The notes beneath the pieces were generated by a model that was given only the letters and a program-made list of their open reading frames with translations, made no database searches and was not told the DNA's origin. A stretch of 64,000 bases of DNA from an uncultured Gemmatimonadales bacterium (lineage in GTDB: Bacteria > Gemmatimonadota > Gemmatimonadetes > Gemmatimonadales > GWC2-71-9): NCBI GenBank assembly GCA_947259405.1, contig CAMYLY010000013.1, positions 33,382 through 97,381 of the forward strand, in the 5' to 3' direction. Position numbers and translations under genes: made by a program. Each line of letters begins with the position of its first letter. The first letter of the stretch is position 1. Of the stretch, positions 57,901 through 64,000 are shown one piece after another.

Positions 57901-60590
57901 AGGACCTCCAGGAGTACTTCGAAGCCATGGCACGAGCCAGCCAATCCGGGGTTGACCGCAAGGCGGATGGGAGACCGGGGGACGTCTTCGTGCTGCGAGA
58001 GGACCTGTTGCCGTCGGAGGATCTCGTCTTGCTGCGTTCGGCGGCACGCCTGGTGATCCTGGCGAGTCGAGGGACGCTGTCCGAGCAAGTGATCCGACTC
58101 CAGCGCTCGCGACCGGGGCCGGTGCCGCCCCGACTCCGCTCACCCCGCGAGGACGGGGAGCCAGTCTCTCCTCCGTCGCTCGACCTTCAATACTTCAACG
58201 GGTTGGGGGGATTCTCGCGTGACGGCCGCGAGCACGTCACCGTGCTGGGGCAGGGGCAGTGGACGCCGGCTCCCTGGATCAACGTCGTCGCGAACCCGGA
58301 CTTCGGATTCCAGGTTTCCGAGTCGGGGTCCGGCTCCACCTGGTCGGTCAACAGCCGGGAGAACAAGCTGACGCCGTGGTCGAACGATCCCGTCAGCGAC
58401 ACGCCGGGCGAGGCGTTCTTCTTGCGCGATCTGGACAGTGGTCTACTCTGGGGGCCGACGTGTCTTCCAATCCGCGAAGACACCTCGCCCTATGTCGTCC
58501 GGCACGGGCAGGGGTACAGTCGCTTCGAGCACGCGTCCCACGGCATCGCGGCGGAGCTGTTGCAGTTCGTGCCACCGGACGACCCCATCAAGATCTCGCG
58601 CCTTACCGTGGTGAACGAGTCCGGCCGCAAACGTCGGCTTTCGATCACGGCCTATGCCGAGTGGGTCCTGGGTGTGACGCGCAGCCGCTCGGCGCCTCAC
58701 GTGGTTACCGAAGTCGATCAGGAAACCGGAGCCATCTTTGCGCGGAACGCCTGGAACGGTGAGTTTGCGGGTCGGGTCGCGTTCGCAGACCTGGGTGGGC
58801 GACAAACGTCTTGGACCGGTGATCGCCTCGAGTTCCTGGGCCGCAATGGGAGTCTCGATCACCCGGCATCGCTCGAGCGCGGCGATGAGCTATCGGGACA
58901 GATTGGCGCGACCCTGGACCCGTGCGCGGCGTTGCAGACGGAGCTGGAACTCCAGCCGGGGGAACGCGCCGAAGTGCTGTTCCTGCTTGGACAGGGAGAA
59001 AGTCGCGAACAGGCGCGCAGACTGATCGCGCACTATCGAGGGGAGGATTGCGGGGCGCTGCTCCGCCAGGTCCAGGCACGGTGGGACACGGTACTCGGCA
59101 CGGTGCAGGTCCGGACACCGGACGCGTCGATGGATCTGCTGCTCAACCGTTGGCTCCTGTATCAGACACTCTCCTGTCGTGTGTGGTCGCGTTCCGCCTT
59201 CTACCAGTCCGGAGGCGCGTTCGGGTTTCGCGACCAACTCCAGGATGTCATGGCGCTGTTGGTGGCGCGACCCGATCTCGCGCGCGAGCACATCGTGCGC
59301 GCGGCCGCCCGCCAGTTCCGTGAAGGAGACGTCCAACATTGGTGGCATCCCCCCACTGGGCGCGGGGTACGGACGCGGATCTCCGACGACCGTCTGTGGC
59401 TGCCCTATGCCGTCGTTCAGTATCTCGCCGTCACCGAGGACTGGAGCCTGCTCGACGAGACGATCCCATGGCTCAAGGGTCCCACCCTCGAGGAGCACGA
59501 GCAAGAATCCTATTTCCAACCCGAGGTCGACGAAAACCGATCGACCCTGTTCGAGCATTGTGCGCGTTCGCTGGATCGAAGTCTCGACGTGGGTAGTCAC
59601 GGTCTGCCGTTGATTGGTGCGGGAGACTGGAACGACGGGATGAACCGCGTCGGTCGAGAGGGTCGTGGGGAGAGCGTGTGGCTGGGTTGGTTTCTCCATC
59701 TGAACTTGAGCGAGTTCGCGCGCATCGCCGATCGCCGTTCGGAAACGAAGCGTGCGGCGCGGTGGCGAAAGCGGGCCAAGGCGCTGCTCGCCTCGTTGGA
59801 GAAGGAGGCGTGGGACGGTGAGTGGTACATGCGAGCCTTCTTCGACGACGGAGTGCCCCTCGGATCGGCGCAGAACGACGAATGCCAGATCGATGCGATT
59901 GCCCAGTCGTGGGCCGTTCTTTCCGGCGCAGGCGATCTGGACCGTGCGCGCCAGGCCATGGAATCGGTCGAACGTCGGCTCGTCCGTCAGGACGACCGGC
60001 TCGCGCTCCTCTTCTCCCCTCCCTTCGACCAGACAGCGAAGGATCCCGGCTACATCAAAGGCTACCTCCCCGGCCTCCGGGAGAACGGTGGGCAGTACAC
60101 CCATGCCGCGATCTGGTCGGTGATTGCGTTCACTCGGCTGGGTGAGGGTGACAAGAGCTTCGCTCTCTTCGATCTGCTCAATCCAATTCACCATGCGCGC
60201 CGCCGCGCGAGTGCTCACCGCTACAAGGTGGAGCCCTACGCCGTCGCCGCCGATGTCTACTCGGCACCCGACCACGGTGGACGGGGAGGATGGACATGGT
60301 ACACTGGTGCTGCCGCGTGGCTCTATCGCGCTGGACTGGAGTCGATTCTCGGATTCCGCAAGCGTGGTTTGGCGCTCGCAATCGATCCGTGCATTCCCCG
60401 AGATTGGAAACGCTTCGAAATCGACTATCGTCATGGCGAGACGCTCTATCGAATCACGGTAGAGAACCCGAATGCGGTTTGTCGCGGCGTGGCAAGCATT
60501 ATTCTCAATGGGAATCCCATCTCGGACGACGCACTCATTCCCCTCGCGGACGACGGTCTGGAGCACCGAGTCCGCGTCGTGCTCGGGTAG
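51963..60590 (+). CDS. cgs: cyclic beta-1,2-glucan synthase-like giant protein (GT84 glycosyltransferase + cyclization/glucoamylase-like region + GH94 phosphorylase domain)
   Basis: 2875-aa ORF (GTG at 51963; ATG at 51981 is possible). Glycosyltransferase motifs ITLDADTRLP, LQPRI, LSHDLFEG and NHRWVRGDWQ, flanked by TM helices. TSPTNMGLYLLS/GHFANWYD in the middle. GH94-like C-terminus GGWTWYTGAAAWLYR. Confidence 0.9.
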   Translation: MNVAEAMVASPSQVELPIRAEAFGIERLQQHAESLALAQPVADARAKERELLPRVRENGRVLLAGYRNIVGAVRQKNEITQAEEWILDNFHVVDEQVREVRDHLPGSFYKLLPKIAEGRHLGGYPRVYGLAWAYVAHTDSRFDLETLQAFVRAYQHVQPLGIGELWAVAIHLRVALLENLRRLSKLVIRARHGRARADEMADRLLGLSGLPAQQVDQVLGPLGSARLGSAFSVQLLQRLRDQTRSVTPALEWLNERLAAQGTSASEVTARAHQAQAAANISVRNVITSMRWMSSISWSAFFENVSLVDETLRSVPGFGEMDFATRDKYRAAVEELSRGSMRTELEVAQGAVTLAREAKRDRERASREANPDERSPSNDQSAVRAIPERAEEDPGYYLVSAGRWAFEKLLGYRVPVRVRIRRAWRAHAVSGYFGLIGVLTALVLAGPLFVTGTAGASVPVLMLLGILAFVPASDLAVSLVHRLVALVVPPRLLCKLELPHGVPADQRTMVVVPTLLTSPADIEESIERLQVHYLANPEGHLHFALLTDWKDAPLEHMPGDDELVAALADGIAILNERYGRPPGGGDRFILLHRRRLWNEKEGKWLGWERKRGKLRELNRLLRGATDTTFIPVNGKPPTVPDGVRYVITLDADTRLPRRAAYHLVGAMAHPLNRPQLDPEAGRVVEGYGILQPRITPSLPTGPGSTTYQRIVSGPGGVDPYAAAVSDVYQDLFREGSYTGKGIYDVDAFEAALAGRVPENALLSHDLFEGLFARAGLVTDIDLFEEFPTNYEVAARRNHRWVRGDWQLLPWILGRNDGERGKTSGIPVHGRWKMLDNLRRSLLAPASFLLGVAAWTLPGVSPFLWTFLFITAIALPGFMPVLDGLIPRREGFSKRSHLRATGRDVQVATLQVLLAITVLAHRARYMADAVVRTLGRLYITKRRLLEWVPAAQAGYGVDLKLRAFYWHLRWSVFLGAVAGVLFLAFKPWAWTVAGPLVSLWILAPVLAWWVSAPQEVSETQRLSPRETRTLRLTARRTWRFFETFVTEEEHALPPDNFQEDPEPVVAHRTSPTNMGLYLLSTMAARDFGWIGISDMLRRLEATLTTMTSLRRVHGHFANWYDTRDLRPLDPIYVSTVDSGNLAGHLIALAQGCRELVRAPLFGPRVLEGIRDALDPVIEAVDGDALGARTEMVTTSQAREALAAMSAVLSDPPSTLREWGERLEELEAHAESLEDIVHTLSAAAGTATGSEVSAWATAVHETVRSHARDLAMVRAEGPDSTSEATTTLEHRLSAVALQAEQMAHAMDFRFLFDPSRRLFSIGFRVADNTLDPSCYDLLASEARLASFIAIAKSDVTPRHWFLLGRALTPVGRGAALVSWSGSMFEYLMPLLVMEQPSRSLLDLTCRLVVGRQIRYGAERGVPWGVSESAYNVRNVELTYQYSDFGVPGLGLKRGLFEDVVVAPYATALAAMVDPKAAIANVSRLRDAGARGPYGFYEALDFTPSRLPETAHVAIVRAYMAHHQGMTIVALGNVVHDGLTQRRFHAHPMVQASELLLQERTPRAVAVTRPRGEEVEVAVHVRDLVPSTLRVFESPHDIPPRTHLLSNGRYLVMVTAAGSGFSRWHDLAVTRWREDTTRDCWGAFLFLRDAKTGDVWSAGFQPSGTEMDEYDVVYAEDRAKIMQRDRSLSIALEIVVSPEDDAELRQLTVTNLEHHYREIDVTSYAEVALTPQAADEAHPAFSNLFVETEIVPELETLLATRRPRSADEQQPWLAHVASIDGEVIGACQYESARTRFLGRGRWIRTAVSLMEGEPLTNSTGTVLDPIVSLRYRVAIPAGGTVRLVFTNLVAPSRDEALDLAEKYRHPGTFERESSLAWMYAQVQLHHLRITQDDAHLYQRLANRLLYNDRTLRTTPEELATNRLGPSGLWPHGISGDLPIALVRIEQEEERDVARQLLRAHEYWRLKGISADLVILNAKGASYAQDLQEYFEAMARASQSGVDRKADGRPGDVFVLREDLLPSEDLVLLRSAARLVILASRGTLSEQVIRLQRSRPGPVPPRLRSPREDGEPVSPPSLDLQYFNGLGGFSRDGREHVTVLGQGQWTPAPWINVVANPDFGFQVSESGSGSTWSVNSRENKLTPWSNDPVSDTPGEAFFLRDLDSGLLWGPTCLPIREDTSPYVVRHGQGYSRFEHASHGIAAELLQFVPPDDPIKISRLTVVNESGRKRRLSITAYAEWVLGVTRSRSAPHVVTEVDQETGAIFARNAWNGEFAGRVAFADLGGRQTSWTGDRLEFLGRNGSLDHPASLERGDELSGQIGATLDPCAALQTELELQPGERAEVLFLLGQGESREQARRLIAHYRGEDCGALLRQVQARWDTVLGTVQVRTPDASMDLLLNRWLLYQTLSCRVWSRSAFYQSGGAFGFRDQLQDVMALLVARPDLAREHIVRAAARQFREGDVQHWWHPPTGRGVRTRISDDRLWLPYAVVQYLAVTEDWSLLDETIPWLKGPTLEEHEQESYFQPEVDENRSTLFEHCARSLDRSLDVGSHGLPLIGAGDWNDGMNRVGREGRGESVWLGWFLHLNLSEFARIADRRSETKRAARWRKRAKALLASLEKEAWDGEWYMRAFFDDGVPLGSAQNDECQIDAIAQSWAVLSGAGDLDRARQAMESVERRLVRQDDRLALLFSPPFDQTAKDPGYIKGYLPGLRENGGQYTHAAIWSVIAFTRLGEGDKSFALFDLLNPIHHARRRASAHRYKVEPYAVAADVYSAPDHGGRGGWTWYTGAAAWLYRAGLESILGFRKRGLALAIDPCIPRDWKRFEIDYRHGETLYRITVENPNAVCRGVASIILNGNPISDDALIPLADDGLEHRVRVVLG

Positions 60591-60679
60591 GCGGCGCTCC
60601 GCACCCTCCGTTAAACAGGCGCGTGCGCAGATCCATGAGTTCCGAGGCGAGCACAGTTGGCACCCAAGCACGAAAAACG

Positions 60680-61272
<593 letters not shown>

Positions 61273-61292
61273 TTGATGCCGAGGGCCTCCTA

Positions 61293-63209
61293 ATGGCCAG
61301 CGCACGACCATCGCCGTGGAAGACCGCAGCCGCGCGACACACATACGCCTCCGGATTCTTGTGGATCACCGGCATGGCCTGGGCGTTCGTCGCTGACAGT
61401 CCGGATGTAGCCGGCTGGCTTCGGGTGCGGGGCGACGGTCCAGGACTCGTCCTGCTTGCCAGCGCAGTCGTGGGGGGGTGGAACTTCTTCCCCAAGGCAC
61501 TGCGGGGCGTGCGCCGCGGCCACCTGGACATGAACTTCTTGATGACCGTCGCCATCATCGGGGCTCTTGGCATTGGGGAGCCCATCGAAGCCGCTGCGAT
61601 TGCCGCACTGTTCTCGTTCGCCGAATTGCTCGAGGCCGCTGCGGTGACACGCGCACGACGGTCGATCGAAGCACTCGTAAAACTCGCACCTGAGACCGCA
61701 CGAATCATCGGCGATGACGGACGAGAGGTCGAGGTCGCGACTTCCGCTCTCAGGATTGGGGATCGTGTCCGGGTGCGCCCCGGGGAATCCATCCCCATCG
61801 ATGGAATCGTCGTCGACGGCGAATCCGCCGTGGATGAAGCCACGGTCACCGGCGAGTCGGTACCTATCACGAAGAACCTGGGTGCCAGCGTCTACGCGAG
61901 CACGTTGGTCGTGGAGGGATACCTCGAAATCGAGGCGACCGCGGACGCCGGTGACACCACCCTGGACCGCATCGTGAAGCTGGTCCGCGAAGCACAGTCG
62001 CGACGGTCGCCCACCGAGCAGTTCGTCGATCGGTTCGCGCGATACTACACGCCGATCGTCACGGCGCTGGCCGCTGCCACCATGATCGTGCCACCCCTAG
62101 TTGGATTGGGCTCGGGCCTCGAGTGGTTCACGCGTGGACTCACCCTGCTGGTCATCGCCTGCCCCTGCGCACTCGTGATCGCCACACCGGTGACCATCGT
62201 GAGTGCGCTCACCAGCGCCGCCCACCACGGGGTGCTCATCAAGGGTGGTGAATACGTTGAGGAACTGGGCAGAACCTGTGCGATGGCATTCGACAAGACG
62301 GGATCGCTCACAACCGGTCGTCTGGAGGTCACGGACATTGAAGGCCTGGACGGTACCGGAGTTTCCTCTGTTCTCGCACAGGCTGCGGCAGTGGAGCGAC
62401 GGTCGGAACACCCAATCGCCCGAGCGATCGTGGAGTACCACGACGACGCGTCAGTCGACTTGCCTCACCCAACGCAGGTCGTGGATTTCGAATCGTCCGT
62501 CGGTCGCGGCGTCACCGCCTGGGTCGACGGGAACGTCGTGCGCGTTGGTACGCCAGACCTCTTCCCGGATGTCGTGATCCCTCCGCGGTTCGCGGAGTTG
62601 CAGGAAGCGGGCAAGACGGTGGTGCTGGTGGGGAATCATGACGGCATTGCCGGTCTCATCGCCCTTGCCGATGCGGCACGCCCGGAGGCGCCATACGTGT
62701 TGCGACGGCTGCGCGAACTTGGGATCCACGAACAGATCATGCTCACCGGTGACCACGAGCGCGTCGCTCGCCGGATTGGCGCCGCCCTCGGGATCGATCA
62801 GATCGAGGCCGGCCTGCTCCCGGAAGAAAAAGTGCGCAGCGTGGAGCAGCTCCGAAGCACGCACACGAGCGTGGCGATGCTCGGCGATGGAGTCAACGAC
62901 GCGCCAGCGCTCGCCGCTGCCAGTGTCGGGATCGCCATGGGAGCGGCCGGATCGCCCGCAACGGTAGAAACGGCCGATGTCGCCCTCATGGCCGACGATC
63001 TACACATGTTGCCCTATGCGGTACGGGTCGCCCGGATGGCCCGGCGCCTCGTCCGGTTCAACATCGCGGCGGCGCTGGGGCTCAAGATGCTCTTGGCTGT
63101 GGGCGCGGTAACCGGGTTCGTGTCCCTCTTGATTGCTGTGTTGGTTGGGGACATGGGCGCGTCCTTGACGGTGACGCTCAACGCAATGCGACTGACGAGG
63201 CTGAAATGA
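61293..63209 (+). CDS. heavy-metal translocating P1B-type ATPase (Zn/Cd/Co/Pb class, CPC motif), no N-terminal HMA domain
   Basis: 638-aa ORF. Motifs ACPCALVIATP, FDKTGSLTTG, SEHPIARAIV, MLTGD and GDGVNDAPALA. No CxxC motif in the N-terminus. Confidence 0.92.
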   Translation: MASARPSPWKTAAARHTYASGFLWITGMAWAFVADSPDVAGWLRVRGDGPGLVLLASAVVGGWNFFPKALRGVRRGHLDMNFLMTVAIIGALGIGEPIEAAAIAALFSFAELLEAAAVTRARRSIEALVKLAPETARIIGDDGREVEVATSALRIGDRVRVRPGESIPIDGIVVDGESAVDEATVTGESVPITKNLGASVYASTLVVEGYLEIEATADAGDTTLDRIVKLVREAQSRRSPTEQFVDRFARYYTPIVTALAAATMIVPPLVGLGSGLEWFTRGLTLLVIACPCALVIATPVTIVSALTSAAHHGVLIKGGEYVEELGRTCAMAFDKTGSLTTGRLEVTDIEGLDGTGVSSVLAQAAAVERRSEHPIARAIVEYHDDASVDLPHPTQVVDFESSVGRGVTAWVDGNVVRVGTPDLFPDVVIPPRFAELQEAGKTVVLVGNHDGIAGLIALADAARPEAPYVLRRLRELGIHEQIMLTGDHERVARRIGAALGIDQIEAGLLPEEKVRSVEQLRSTHTSVAMLGDGVNDAPALAAASVGIAMGAAGSPATVETADVALMADDLHMLPYAVRVARMARRLVRFNIAAALGLKMLLAVGAVTGFVSLLIAVLVGDMGASLTVTLNAMRLTRLK

Positions 63210-63493
63210 ACTGCTTGAGAACGGCGCTACAACGCACGTGGTGGCTCTTGACGGTGGCAGGCTGCTTGCCTCCCGCAGACGACGTGGCCCACGTCGTGAT
63301 CATGCCGGAGGACGCCGTCATCGTGACGGGGGATTCACTTCTCCTCCTCGCAGAGGTTCGTGATGTCGGGGATCACTTCACAGGGAACCAACCGGACGCG
63401 TGGGCTTCATTGGATACGATGGATGCAACGGTGTCGCAAAGTGGCCGCGTTGTTGGCCAAGGCCAAGGAACAACTAGCGTGGCGGACTTGTGA
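63206..63493 (+). CDS. small lipoprotein with a bacterial Ig-like (Big_2-like) segment
   Basis: 95-aa ORF whose start overlaps the ATPase stop (ATGA). Lipobox LLTVAGC. Also VVIMPEDAVIVTGDSLLLLAEV...ATVSQSGRVVGQGQGTT. Confidence 0.5.
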   Translation: MNCLRTALQRTWWLLTVAGCLPPADDVAHVVIMPEDAVIVTGDSLLLLAEVRDVGDHFTGNQPDAWASLDTMDATVSQSGRVVGQGQGTTSVADL

Positions 63494-63602
63494 TCCGCTC
63501 ATGCGGTAGTAGTTGATTCTTCGGCGTGGCTTCACGATCGGTTCACACTGACCGTCGCATTCTTCTTCGTGTTACATGACATCGCGTCCCAGGAGGATGA
63601 GC

Positions 63603-64000
63603 ATGACCAGGAGGTATTCCGTGTTGGTAGCGCTCGGTGGGTTGCTCTTGACCGCCGCCGCTTGCGCTGACAACTCGACCGATCCGGGCGAGAGGGCTGT
63701 TCTCACGTCCGTGACACCTGCCGGCGGCGCTACTGCGGTGGATCCCAACACGACCGTCGCGGTCGAGTTCTCGCATCCGATGCGGCCGCGCATGGAGCAA
63801 TACATGGCAGTGCACCGGGACGACCTCGGTGGCCCGCTTGTTTCGGGATCGTGGATGTGGTCACCGGACGCGACCCTGTGTGTATTCCGACCTGACGTAC
63901 CGTTTGAGCACCAGACGCAATATGTCCTTCATGTCGGAGGTGGCATGCAGGACGTGCACGATCATCACGTCGACTTCGGTCAGGGGGAAGCGCACATGGG
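63603..64000 (+). CDS. partial CDS (runs off window end): lipoprotein with Ig-like (SbsA/Big_5-like) N-terminal domain
   Basis: Not in the ORF track because it has no stop in the window. ATG at 63603 is preceded by AGGAGG at 63591-63596. My translation: MTRRYSVLVALGGLLLTAAACADNST..VLTSVTPAGGATAVDPNTTVAVEFSHPM... Confidence 0.6.
   Translation, partial: MTRRYSVLVALGGLLLTAAACADNSTDPGERAVLTSVTPAGGATAVDPNTTVAVEFSHPMRPRMEQYMAVHRDDLGGPLVSGSWMWSPDATLCVFRPDVPFEHQTQYVLHVGGGMQDVHDHHVDFGQGEAHM

Overview
GC-rich bacterial chromosomal segment. Most codon third positions are G/C, so long spurious antisense ORFs are common. Gene content suggests a Gemmatimonadota/Acidobacteriota-like organism: many TAT-signal Gfo/Idh/MocA oxidoreductases, DUF1080, an S46 peptidase, and a beta-propeller relic ending in LHWLEELK. 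This lineage guess is inference only. The first ~34 kb is mostly carbohydrate and periplasmic catabolism: GH16, GH3, a NagB-PIG-L fusion, a YdjC/ChbG-like deacetylase, three Gfo/Idh/MocA + xylose-isomerase-like TIM-barrel modules, DUF1080, a xylulokinase-like kinase, two divergent IorAB-type molybdoenzyme pairs, beta-lactamase-fold serine hydrolases and an S46 peptidase. The second half holds katG, a third IorAB pair, an ACR3 arsenite carrier, a plant-type FNR-like reductase, an 8.6-kb cyclic beta-1,2-glucan synthase-like gene and a CPC-type P-type ATPase. I found no rRNA, tRNA, CRISPR array, transposase, integrase or recognisable defence gene. Three structural observations are not explained by the genes. 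(1) A family of co-oriented, hairpin-rich intergenic repeats (8 copies seen by eye) sits exactly at gene-block boundaries between 35 and 61 kb. (2) A perfect 33-nt direct repeat brackets the second IorAB pair, and one copy forms the 3' end of the neighbouring gene. (3) A diverged duplicate of the kinase gene's 3' end lies 2.3 kb downstream, beyond a patch that is partly of lower GC. Several other gene relics (EAL, CzcA tail, beta-propeller tail) support a mosaic, cassette-like history. All calls come from reading the ORF track and the sequence by eye. No searches were run, so family names rest on motif recognition.
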